Notes under the pieces: generated by a model | The model's database searches: none | What the model was told of the DNA's origin: nothing | The model's input: only the letters and a program-made list of their open reading frames with translations | Shown: positions 25,463 through 37,620 of the stretch, piece by piece | Layout of the letters: every line of letters begins with the position of its first letter | How positions within the stretch are numbered: the first letter of the stretch is position 1 | NCBI RefSeq assembly: GCF_001194135.2 | Contig: NC_068998.1 | Location: 17,785,801 to 17,836,025 of the forward strand | DNA length: 50,225 nt | Direction of reading: 5' to 3' | From: Octopus bimaculoides | Taxonomy: Eukaryota | Translations under genes and position numbers: made by a program

Positions 25463-26255
25463 GTAAGTAGATATGTCCATATGATTAAAAAGTTAACTTT
25501 TCTATTAATGTGGTTCTGCATTTAACCTAATCTGCATCTTGGCAAAAGTCTTCAAGCATAGCTTTGGGTTGACAAATACCTTGTGAGTGAAATTTTGTAG
25601 ACTGACTATGCAGAACCCCTTTGTATATGCGTGTATCCTTTACTAATAATGTATATTGGTATTAGAAAACTGAACCAGTATGTTTGAACAGAATACTTTA
25701 TACTATTTATCCTGCTGAAGGTACAAAGTCTGTCTGGTTGCTCTTGCTTGCTAAAATGCAGTGGACCAGTGATTGGCCTGTCAAAAACTATAACCACGAC
25801 ATTTTTGTTCACAAAATGTTAGATAAAATGAAAAGAAAGTATCTTGTCAATATTTTTTAGGATTTAGGTCATGTATCATTTTGGTGTTGGGAAGTGAAAT
25901 TAGTAGCAGCGCTGTTCTATGGAACTGTTTCAAAAGAATTCTATACAAGCTGACTTAAAATAATGGTTTAAAATAAAAAGACACCATATCAATTTAGTGT
26001 TTGGATCATAAAAAGTATTTAAATCTTACAGTCAACATTCTAATCAAGGAGTATTCACAAAGCCTGGTTCTTATTGCTGAACTAGTTATAAAGACTGCAG
26101 AATTTAAACTCTAGAAGAATGGTACAGAAGATAACAGCAAAATCCAAAGTATGAGAAAGGCCAAAACAACAGGCCACAAAATCCTAGTGCTAGTTGAGAA
26201 GTAGCCTTGTTTGTTATATAGGGAGTTGCAGTGAGTACATTTAAATGCGATGGGA

Positions 26256-27162
26256 TTTCTGGCAACTAGTTGCATAACTTCTGCATAGTAAGTGTAAATA
26301 ATTTAATTAAAATTTAAAACTTAACTGAATTCTCAGTTGTGACTTGTCTGTGAATATAGAATATATCAGCTTGACCCACGGAAAGAACAAGTTAGCTTGT
26401 TTTAGTGAAACTGATTTTCATATGTATTGCATGAAAATGTTAAATTGTCTAGCAATCTTTAAATGTTTATTGTCTCAATGATTTAACTGAGTTCATAATT
26501 TGTGTGGATAACATTCAGCAAGTTTCTCATGTTACAAAGTACTAAGCAGCAAAGTGCTTGAACTCTTCAGAGGATTTATTATGGTTGTTGTTAGCTTCTG
26601 TTATCTAGTGTAGTGATCTTCTAGATGTGTACTATTAACTTGCATGAAAGGCTGAGTATAAATGAGTTGGCATTAAAGGAATTGGATTTTTTATACAGGA
26701 AAGACTTTGCTGAAACGGACAGTGAGTGTTGGTTGAAAATGTGCAATGTGTTGATAGTACAAGGTAATAACAGTGCAAGACGTTGGTAGAATTGGTTAAA
26801 TTTGACTATGTATGTGGCAGTTTACCTTACTGTAAACTGAACCTATCAGTATGGAAAACAAAAACCCTCAAAAAAAAAAAAACAGATGGCAGAATTCTGT
26901 TAATTTACAGCAGTTAGTTGTATAATTCCTGTATAATAGCAGTAAAGAATTTGATTAAAACTAATTGAAACTTGTCTGTGAATATAAAATATATCAGCTT
27001 GTCCCACGGAAAGAACAAGTTAGCTTGTTTTAGTGAAATTGATTTCATGTATAGCATGGAAATGTTAAATTGTCGAGCAATTTTAAATTGTTTATTGTCT
27101 CAATGATTTAACTGAGTTCATAATCTGTGTGGTTAACATTCAGCAAGTTTCTCATATTACAA
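26256..27162. repeat. Local direct duplication: ~190-bp core (26342-26537 and 26970-27162, offset 628 bp) plus weaker upstream similarity
   Basis: Both copies read acttgtctgtgaatat...cccacggaaagaacaagttagcttgttttagtgaaa...ctcaatgatttaactgagttcataat...aacattcagcaagtttctcat(g/a)ttacaa, with scattered substitutions and small indels. Confidence 0.92.
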
Positions 27163-29310
27163 TTTTGTTCTTTTCATGTATCATTAAAACAATATTTTGA
27201 ACATTTTATAAATGTATTACTAGCATTTAGTGGAAATAACTCCTTGCATTGAATGCTATTTTTAATTCCTGTTTATCTACATTTTTAGTTCTTGGGAAAC
27301 ATTTTAACTGAAATTTTGTAACCTTTGAAATTATCTAAAAATATTTTTACTCTAGTTTTCCTAAGCTAGCACAGGCTGGATGAGTTAATCAAATTCAGAT
27401 ATTTGTATCTACATTTTGCTAGCTTCAACCATTTATACCAATACTTGAAACCTACTACTGAATAACTGTGTAGTGGTAGAAAATATTAAGACCAATAATG
27501 TACTTCACCTGAGAACTAGTACCAAAATAAAGTAGGTAAATTAAAATCAAATCTGTATTTATAACATTATTAAACTAAAAGAATTTTATTGTTCTTTGTG
27601 ATATATTTGTCTTGACTTTTGCCTTTGAAAACCCCATAGGTCTTCAAAATGTTGTTCATATGAGCCACATTCACCTTGATAGCAAATGTGTTATTGATGA
27701 AAAATATTTAAGGATAACTACGGAAAGGGATGAGGAGAAATATGTTCTCTGGAACTCTATATTTTCATTTTCATTCTAAGATATGAGCGAAGACAAATAT
27801 TTAAAGCTGTTCTATATTGTTTGGGAATCTACACAAGCCGTTCATCACGTAAAGCTATTTAATCTTGGTCTACATTGTTAATGATTAACTGAGGTTAGCT
27901 CTGGTCAAAGACATTCTAGCTGTGATCGTCCAGTCTTTTTTGCTGCTACTTTCAGGTTTGGTCTAGGACTGTATTACCAAGCTGTTAGGGTGAGGGAGAT
28001 TTGGTTGCTATTACTCGTAAATCAAATAACCACATAAAGGCTTCTGTTGTTGTTTGCCCCTGAATGAGCAGCTTATTAAAAGGTGTTCCAGTTTAACTGG
28101 CTCATTTTTTCGTGTCTTTATGACTACATTGTCCAATGTTTTTTTCTTTTTCATAAATGTAGTGTGATTTGAGGGAGATTTTGTTACTAGTTCTAGCAGA
28201 TCAAGTGACCACATAGGAGGTCCCTCATTGGTTCTTAAAAACTTTCTATTTGTTACATAGTTGTGTAGACCTGTGTAGATATTTGAATTTCCTTATTCTT
28301 TGGTCATTATTTCATTATTTTGCTCTGATGTTGGTAATCTTGAAGGTTTGAAGTAGATTTAATATTGCAACTGTCAATGATGAGGTAAGAAAACTGAAGA
28401 GGGATATCTGAAATGTGAAGTGTAAGACCCACAGATATGGCAGAGAGATCACAAAACAAGTATAACAATACCTTTTTAATATAAGTTGGATCCCTGAAAG
28501 TTTTGCATCTTAGTATTCAGAATTATCCAAAATATTTGTACTGGACTTACGTTAAACTTGGTAGATCTGATGTTACAGAAACAAGTGTAATATGGATATT
28601 GATAGTTTGGAAAGCGGAAAGCATATTTGGCAGTTTTCTTTATTGTTTGGCGTAGTCTGTTATCAAAGCTGTTGGTGTATGTGGCTTGCTTAAATATATT
28701 ACAGCCATCAGGGCAACGTATTGATTTATTAATCACAAAACAATAAAATAAATTCTTTACTATTAAGAAGAAAATGAAAAGACTGAGATGAAGTTTTAAT
28801 ATAAGCAATCATATAGAAGATATTCATTTACAAGATGTTTCTGCAAGGTATATTCATGTCATCTGTATAGTGTGTGTGCATCTACCCATACATCTTTTTC
28901 TCTAGTCAGCCAACCATCTGTCTTTCCATCTCTCCCTTCACCCATCCATCCATCTATCTATCCCTCCATCCATCTATCCAATCAACTATCTATCCTGCCC
29001 TCCCTCCAACCATGCATGCATCCATCCACATGTGTATGTCTTTATTTATGTATGTGTGTATGTATGTATGTACCCTTGTCTTGACATCATATGGTGATTA
29101 CAAATAAGCATCACCATCATTCAAGTAATGTCGTTTATTTCCAGTCTTTCATGAAGAACATGTCTAGCCATGGGGAAATGTTACCTTGCCGGGAAACAGG
29201 TGAGGGTTGGCATCAAGAAGGGTATCCAATAATAGAAAATCTGCCTCGATAAATTCTGTTTGACCCATGCAAGCATGGAAAAGTGGACATTAAATGGCAA
29301 TCCATATGTA

Positions 29311-30194
29311 CGTGGTCTGATCAATAAGTATCCAGACTGTTGCCATAGTAATAAAGTTAAAGTATGCAGAATGAAGCCACTTGGCACAGATTGACTGTGA
29401 ACTCTGCTGTGCATGCACACTAACTTTTAACGTTTTTCGCTCACTTGCGCTGTTTACAGCAGTGCTTGGAAGGAATGTGTGTAGCATGTGATTGTCACAT
29501 TGACCATGACAAAGAAAGTTGAGCAGAGAATCTGCATCAAATTTTGCCAAAAGCTTGGCAATACCTGCTCAGAGGCCTATGCAAAATTTTCAAAAAGTTT
29601 TCATTATTCTTGACACAATCAAGGAGATCTTATGCAACTGAAACCTGAGTGTCTTCTTGGTCAGCTGAAAGCAGTTTTGGCACAAACTTGGCAGACATGC
29701 ATCTCATACCCAATTCTTTAGTGATATTGGACTGAATTGAACTGTAACTAACCTGCACATACTCTGATAACTCACGGACAGTGATTTGACAATTTCCCCT
29801 CAGCTGCATGCACACCTGTGACGTTTTCTTGGTTCTGCTGGTTGCAGGTCTCCCAGAAGGTTCGTCAGTATCAACATTTCTTCAGCCATCTTGGTAGTGT
29901 CTGAACCACTTGTACATGGCTCATACACTCTTCTCCATACACTTTCTGCAACTTTGTGTAGACCTCTGAGCAGGTATTGCCATGACAACTTCACAGTCAT
30001 GGTCAATGCAACAATCACATGCTACACACCTTCCTACCAAGCATTGCTGTAAACAGTGGAAGTGAGCTTGAACATTAAAACTTAGTGTGCATGCACAACA
30101 GCGTTCATGGTCAATATTTGCCAAGCAGCTTCATTCTACGTGCTTTAGCTTCGTTACTATGGTAACAGTCTGGATGCTTATTGATCAGACCTCG
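29311..30194. mobile_element. Tc1/mariner-derived non-autonomous element with long inverted termini and TA TSD
   Basis: TA|CGTGGTCTGATCAATAAGTATCCAGACTG ... CAGTCTGGATGCTTATTGATCAGACCTCG|TA. Transposase N-terminal fragments are MTKKVEQRICIKFCQKLGNTCSEAY (+, from 29506) and ITVRELSEYVQVSYSSIQSNITKELGMRCMSAKFVPKLLS (-, 29630-29815). Confidence 0.9.
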
Positions 30195-30709
30195 TATATA
30201 ACATTGTGCTGCTTGGTGCTGTAAATTAGCACTACTTAATGTTTCAGACATGTAGATTCAGGCTTCAAATTTGATATTGTAACTTTCTGTATTTTCCTTG
30301 GCATTTAACTTATATTTATTTAAATTTAGTGTTCCTCATTGGAAAATCTTTATTAAACTTTATTTATATTAGTAATTTATGAATAGAACCAAGTATTTTC
30401 ATAATTTCATCTACTTAATCATCCTGCTGTAAAATATATATATATATATAAATATATGTTGGGTAGTGTGTCTCCTCTGTTATTTACATTTCTGAAATGA
30501 TCTGTCTATTGTTATCAGGCCAGACTGATTGAATTCCTTACCTTGTTAGTGAAAATTAGACATCTAACATAAAATTCCTTTCGTTGTGTCAGTAACTTTG
30601 ATTTTTTTTTTCTTCTTTCAAGATTGAATTTACTTTTGGCTACAAAATATTGATGTGTACATAAGCTGTAAATATTATATTATGGCTAGCAAAAATTGAT
30701 AAAAAAAAA

Positions 30710-30751
<42 letters not shown>

Positions 30752-31269
30752 NNNNNNNNNNNNNNNNNNNNNNNNNNNNNNNNNNNNNNNNNNNNNNNNN
30801 NNNNNNNNNNNNNNNNNNNNNNNNNNNNNNNNNNNNNNNNNNNNNNNNNNNNNNNNNNNNNNNNNNNNNNNNNNNNNNNNNNNNNNNNNNNNNNNNNNNN
30901 NNNNNNNNNNNNNNNNNNNNNNNNNNNNNNNNNNNNNNNNNNNNNNNNNNNNNNNNNNNNNNNNNNNNNNNNNNNNNNNNNNNNNNNNNNNNNNNNNNNN
31001 NNNNNNNNNNNNNNNNNNNNNNNNNNNNNNNNNNNNNNNNNNNNNNNNNNNNNNNNNNNNNNNNNNNNNNNNNNNNNNNNNNNNNNNNNNNNNNNNNNNN
31101 NNNNNNNNNNNNNNNNNNNNNNNNNNNNNNNNNNNNNNNNNNNNNNNNNNNNNNNNNNNNNNNNNNNNNNNNNNNNNNNNNNNNNNNNNNNNNNNNNNNN
31201 NNNNNNNNNNNNNNNNNNNNNNNNNNNNNNNNNNNNNNNNNNNNNNNNNNNNNNNNNNNNNNNNNNNNN

Positions 31270-31308
<39 letters not shown>

Positions 31309-33094
31309 TATATATGCATATATATATTTTTGAATGCTTATCAGATATGCAAAATTAACATGACTTTTTTTCTCTCTTATATGATCAGATAGGGTAGCCT
31401 TAGTTGATCTGCTTATGGAATAAATTTTGCAAACACAAATTTTAGTATAGATGGCACAGTCCCCAGTCAAACTGTCCAGCCCATGCCAGCATGGAATGCA
31501 GATGTTAAATGATGATGATGATTTAACATGGTAATTCCTTAATTGCAATATTTTTCATAAAGCTGCTTGATTTTGTGAGTTTCTTTGACTTGTGTAAAAT
31601 CTTCAATTTGCAATTTCAAGGCAAATGACACATGGATTACTTAGCTGAACTCTACATGGCACCTAATGACATGGCTGTCTTATACCTCAGTTGGTTGTTT
31701 TGAAATGCAATTCCTCAAGGGCACTCACCCTGTCTCTTTGATTCTTTCATTTGAGTTGACCACTCTGACCAGTGTAACACCTCCCTCCATTTTCACTCTC
31801 ATTTTAATTCTACTACTATCACTCACTGTATGTTTGTCATTTGATAGCCTCCTACTTTCATACTCAGCAGCAAATAGAAAAACAAAAAAAGATGATACAT
31901 GTCTTGGCTTGTCATAAATGAAGATGTTAATATTGATAGCTTGTTGATATTTTACTCTATCAAATAAACATTTTGCATTGAAACAGCAATAATGTTTATT
32001 TAGGTTTGATAAAATATTTCTTAGCACTACACTGAAGAATTGCCTAAGCAAAATAGAACTTCTGAGATAGACTGTCATTTAATTTCACTCAAGCAGTTTC
32101 TGATTTTAAGCTTCTACCAGCTGTGATATATAGTATTACTTCATATATTAGAGTTTAGAAACTGATAGATTTTGATCTCTGGGCAATACAAGAGTTTTAA
32201 AAAAGTAGTAATGCAATAGAGACATATTTTTATCATTTTTTGGGGCAGGTAACATTATTGTATATGAACTGACTTTCATAGGCCCATTTGTGTGTGTGTA
32301 ACATTTTTCCTGTCATTCAATGCATACTTTTTCCGTTTTGTTTTATTTCACTTGAAATTACCATGTGTTATACATTAGATACACATGAAGTGGGGTAAGA
32401 CAGGAAGAAATATCCATTATCTGGCATAATAAAAAAGAAAATTTTAAATGAAACCATATTATTGAATATTTAACTCATAAAATCTTGTGTTTTCTCTTTA
32501 TAAATCTCTCAATCCTGTTAGGAACTAGAGATTTTGATGAAATGTAGTTATTCCGATATAAAATGTAATTATTGCTTGAATTTGGTTAAAATTTTCAGTT
32601 GTGATATAATGATCGTTGGAGTACATTGTAAATATGGTTTTTATCTGCTTGTCATGTCCTTTTGCCTGCCAAGGTTGGTTGAATACAGTTAAGTTGATTA
32701 TACTTAAGTGTTTTCACTTAATACAAGATATCATTTCCTAGGCATAAATTTCCTAATTGAATCATTAATAAATGAATAGTAATAAGTAAATCATAATAAA
32801 TAATATCACTGAATTCTAACTCCCTGCATAAGGTATTAAACCACTATTTGCTTGAAAATCTAAGGGAAGAAAAAATGCAACTTCTTTTTGCACAGAAGTG
32901 GGCTTCATTTCATATTTTGACCTGCCGCATTTTCAAACAGCAGTGCTATTTTACACTGCAGTTTTGTGAAGTTTAAAATATAGCAACAGATGTGAATATC
33001 TGCAGTATATAACTTTTAGTTAATGTTGAATATTTAAAATAATACAAATTGAAACATGTTGCCTGATATTAAAATGGAGATTTTATTCTTTCAT

Positions 33095-33447
33095 TTGTTT
33101 CAGTCATTTGACTGCAGCCATGCTGGAGCACCACCTTTGTTTTAGTCGAAATCGATCCCAGGACTTATTCTTTGTAAGCCTGGAACTTATTCTATCAGTT
33201 AATTTTGCCGAACTGCTAAGTTGTGGGGACATAAACACATCAACATCAGTTGTCAAGTGATGGTGGTGGGGGACAAACATGGACACAAAGACACACACAC
33301 AAATATATACAACCGGCTTCTTTCAGTTTCTGTCTACCAAATCCACTCACAAGGCTTTGGTCAACCCGAGGCTATAGTAGAAAGCACTTGCCCAAAATGT
33401 CATGCAGTAGGACTGAACCCAGAATCATGTAGTTGGGAAGCAAAATT
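33095..33447 (-). mobile_element. Family-A SINE, near full length
   Basis: It is the reverse complement of the 35429-35824 element: tttcagtcatttgactgcagccatgctggagcacc...caaatccactcacaaggctttggtc...gggaagcaaa. Confidence 0.85.
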
Positions 33448-34851
33448 TTCATATTTAAATTTCTTTTTTACATATTCATTCTTAATTAGTTCTGTGAGGT
33501 TGAACGTGATAGATATGTATATGCTAGTTGTTGTTGTATCTTATTAAAGGAGAAGAATTCTTTTCAAATTAATGTGTGTTCATGACACATTTAATTCATT
33601 AGCATAAGGGGACTTTGGAACGCCCAGTATTTCAACATTGTTGTGTCTCGTTAGCCAAAGCTACCCTGGACTAATGATTCTAACAAGTTTGTGGCTCCTG
33701 TTTATAACATCAGCAAACAAATTATTTGCTGATATGTGCCAACTGGCAATAAATCATCCTAGTGAATAGTGAGATCAAAACTGGCTTTTTTTAAATCTTC
33801 ATTATCAAAATACATCCCTCATCATTCTCAGTTTAAAAAAAAATTTTTTTATTACTGCTGCTCTCCTCTATGTGTTTGAATTTTATAGGAATTCCTCTTC
33901 AGTATTATTAAAAGCATTACTAGTTCAGGATTTCTTAAAGGCTTTCATTTTTACTTCATTCTTAATTGAAATTCATGCAATATTTATTGACACACCTGTA
34001 AAAGATAATAGGTTGCTTAATTCATTCCATAGGTGCTAGAGCAGCTATCTGTTTATTCCATTCTTTACCTATGACATTTTTGAATAGCTTGTTAATCAAA
34101 ACATTCAACAGCCACAATTACGTACTCAGTGCACCAGATATTATTACTGTTTTACAATTACTAAAATGCTTTTTCATAGTATCAATTGTTAGGGCTCTAA
34201 ACTGATCTAAAACCAATAGGAACAGTGTCTTTAGCTGCCCACCATGTAGTTTCATCCTTTCATCCAGCCAACTTTTGTGATGGTTATGGAAAATGTATAA
34301 CATTTAAGTGATGCAGCACAGAATTTTGTCAGTGAACAGGTCGCGGTCTCAAAGCGCCGAAAATATTTTGACAAATTAAATTTAAATGTTGAAGTGAATC
34401 TAACGGATTTTGTGTGTTATTTTAAATGGCTTATAAACACCTTCCACGCTGCAATTGTTTTCGTTCCAGCACACGATCTCAGATCAGGTCACTTGCTATG
34501 CAAGTGTATCTCCGTAATTTAAGTATTTCTTTTTTTTTTTTAATGATTTTTCACCCCTTAAAAGTCCACAGTGATGGTAATTTTTACTTGTCTGTAGCAC
34601 ATACTAAGAGGCCACAGTAGAATATGCTTTCTCTTGACCTGAATGCCTTTTTTTTTTTTGAAGAAACACGAAAAATAAGGGGAGACTTTATCCTCATATG
34701 TTGCCCTTCAATATCTGTTTGTCACCTTGCTCTAATTATAAATCTCAGAAATGCAATGATTTTCTTCATATGCTCCAGTTAAAAGTTTTGTTTTTCTCTA
34801 TGCAGTCATAGGCAATGTCTATTCATAGGTGTATGGTTCCATGAGCTTGTC

Positions 34852-34883
<32 letters not shown>

Positions 34884-35428
34884 CGCTGATTCTACTGTCA
34901 ATCATAATTCTAGCTTCACATATGATTATTTTTGTTGTTATTGATATACACACTTTCCAGTCTCCAATCATCCACCTTCCCATCTATTCTAACCGCAGCC
35001 ACTTAACAATACCCATACAAAAATTACACTTAATCTATGTTGCTTTCTTTTTGCTTTTACCATTTTACCATGCCTGAGCTATACTTTCAGTTGGTCATGC
35101 TGCAAAATGTCTTTTAGCTACCCAATTTCCCTTCTCTTTTCCGAAAGTGTATAACTAAGTTTGAAAATTGCTGTGACTGCATCCCCCACCCTCCTTTTTT
35201 TTTTTAGATAGCCATTAGGGATAGTTTTGGATAGAATGTTATGACATTTAAGAATGTTGCCAAAGACTAATTTTTCTGCTAGTTGTAGGTGCACAAGTAG
35301 CAATAGAGGATGCATCAGCTCAAGTCTCCAAAACCTGCTCCTTAAATATCATATTCATGCCAATGTAGGAGATTTAGTTTGTCTTTTGAGATTTCATATA
35401 TTTTTTTTCTTAAATATTAAAAAAAAGT

Positions 35429-35824
35429 AGGAGTGGCTGTGTGGTAAGTAGCTTGCTTACCAACCACATGGTTCCAGGTTCAGTCCCACTGTGTGGCACC
35501 TTGGGCAAATGTCTTCTATTATAGCCTCGGGCCGACCAAAGCCTTGTGAGTGGATTTGGTAGACGGAAACTGAAAGAAGCCCGTCGTATATATATACATA
35601 TATATATATATAGTTTGTGTGTCTGTGTTTGTCCCCCCAACATCGCTTGACAACCGATGCTGGTGTGTTTACGTCCCCATAACTGAGCGGTTTGGCAAAA
35701 GAGACCGATAGAATGAGTACTAGGCTTCCAAAGAATAAATCCTAGGGTCGATTTGCTCGACTAAAGGTGGTGCTCCAGCATGGCCACAGTCAATAACTGA
35801 AACAAGTAAAAGAGTAAAGAGTAA
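35429..35824 (+). mobile_element. Family-A tRNA-derived SINE, full length, with internal (TA)n
   Basis: Head ggctgtgtggtaagtagcttgcttaccaaccacatggttccaggttcagtcccact; a CORE-like ccttgggcaa segment; internal (TA)n; tail actgaaacaagtaaaagagtaaagagtaa. Confidence 0.9.
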
Positions 35825-36180
35825 GTGTAAATACCTAAAAGAATAAACGAAACTTTTGTGCTGAAGCACATTATAGTTACTGTACTTCTTGGTATATAAT
35901 CTAAACATTTTTAGTAGAAGTTTTTTGTGTCAAGGCACAATATAAAAATGTTTAAAATATTTTGCCTTAAAATGTTTAGAAATAGATAATATAATTTATG
36001 ATTTAGTGCAACCTGCCTGTTCCATATTGAAGTTGGCGAGAGCTATATTTTTAAAGTAAAACAATGAACATTTTAATATTTCTATTTCTAATTTGAAATC
36101 TCAAATATAATTTTTGTGTTTTTTTTTGCATTCAAGTGTATAAAATATTCCTCCTCCAGGAATATATATATATGTATGTA

Positions 36181-36410
36181 TGGACGCCACTTGGCTGACC
36201 AGTTTGCAGAGCATCTCCACTCTTAGCAATGACACACTGGTCTTGTGCCACTTCCACTCTACCGGTCATTCGCTACAACACCTGTCTGTGTTTGAACTGT
36301 CTCTGCACAGGGGCTACCCAGACTCTCACCTTTGCTGTGAACAGGAATTAATCTTCTACCTTTCATTCCTTTGCACTTTATGGGTTCAACTCACTACCTC
36401 TCTTCATCTG
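36181..36410 (+). mobile_element. Penelope-like element, degenerate C-terminal part of the GIY-YIG endonuclease
   Basis: GRHLADQFAEHL followed by a frameshift, then CHFHSTGHSLQHLSVFELSLHRGYPDSHLCCEQELIFYL. This resembles the PLE pattern R-L-x-x-R-F-x-EH...HF-x3-GHS...EQ-x-LIF-x-L. A CT-rich tail follows. Confidence 0.6.
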
Positions 36411-36544
36411 GTACCAACCCCACACAAGATTCTCACACACCTCGCACATTCAGCTGTCCCTTCTCTCCACCTGCACACCTGCATACCACTTACCACCTAC
36501 CTCAGTACCCTCACCACACACACACCATTATACAAAAACCCATA

Positions 36545-37395
36545 TACACTGTATGTATATATATATGTATTTGTATGTATGTATGTATCTATATTTGTAT
36601 ATATATATATATGTGTGTATGTATGTATGTATCTATGTGTATGTATATGTATGTATCTATGTGTATGTATATGTATGTATCTATGTGTATGTATGTATGT
36701 ATCTATATATGTATATATATATATGTATGTATCTATATATGTATATATATATGTATGTATCTATATATGTATATATGTATATATATATGTATGTATCTAT
36801 ATATGTATATATGTATATATATATGTATGTATCTATGTATGTATCTATATATGTATATATATATATGTATCNNNNNNNNNNNNNNNNNNNNNNNNNNNNN
36901 NNNNNNNNNNNNNNNNNNNNNNNNNNNNNNNNNNNNNNNNNNNNNNNNNNNNNNNNNNNNNNNNNNNNNNNNNNNNNNNNNNNNNNNNNNNNNNNNNNNN
37001 NNNNNNNNNNNNNNNNNNNNNNNNNNNNNNNNNNNNNNNNNNNNNNNNNNNNNNNNNNNNNNNNNNNNNNNNNNNNNNNNNNNNNNNNNNNNNNNNNNNN
37101 NNNNNNNNNNNNNNNNNNNNNNNNNNNNNNNNNNNNNNNNNNNNNNNNNNNNNNNNNNNNNNNNNNNNNNNNNNNNNNNNNNNNNNNNNNNNNNNNNNNN
37201 NNNNNNNNNNNNNNNNNNNNNNNNNNNNNNNNNNNNNNNNNNNNNNNNNNNNNNNNNNNNNNNNNNNNNNNNNNNNNNNNNNNNNNNNNNNNNNNNNNNN
37301 NNNNNNNNNNNNNNNNNNNNNNNNNNNNNNNNNNNNNNNNNNNNNNNNNNNNNNNNNNNNNNNNNNNNNNNNNNNNNNNNNNNNNNNNNNNNNNN

Positions 37396-37450
<55 letters not shown>

Positions 37451-37465
37451 GTGTGTGTGTAATTA
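36545..37465. repeat. Compound (TATG)n/(TA)n microsatellite around an N-gap (36872-37395)
   Basis: Seen directly. Similar simple repeats occur at 30710-31325, 39735-39780, 41180-41280, 41615-41905 and 46160-46260. Confidence 0.95.
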
Positions 37466-37620
37466 TTTGGACTTTGGGTAAATGTCGAGTAGTATGCCGA
37501 TGAAAGCACTTTCACTGTTTAGGATACCTGATACCATTCACAGTTATTATATAATTGTCACTGGATCTACATTAGGAATTCTGCAGTGTTCGTTGAGTTT
37601 ATAAGGATTGATGGAAGTGG

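Noticed and set aside
27640-27780. Phase-1 open stretch LQNVVHMSHIHLDSKCVIDEKYLRITTERDEEKYVLWNS after cccatAG
   Set aside because: There is no usable donor before the stop; it could only be a terminal exon, which nothing else supports.
28377-28410. ATGATGA ... CTGA resembling C/D snoRNA boxes
   Set aside because: The span is only ~35 nt with no terminal stem. The GAG|GTAAGA donor here also lacks a credible upstream acceptor.
30640-31548. Long ORFs of 200-430 aa in the track (also 36180-37515, 39859-41170, 42985-43465, 46999-47521)
   Set aside because: They are open only because they run through N-gaps and (TA)n/(TATG)n tracts (YIYI, X runs). Only the RTE and PLE segments inside them are real.
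31728-31870. Minus-strand exon-like frame YESRRLSNDKHTVSDSSRIKMRVKMEGGVTLVRVVNSNERIKET ending AGG|GTGAGT
   Set aside because: The acceptor is poor (GAG), there are no partner exons, and I recognise no protein family.
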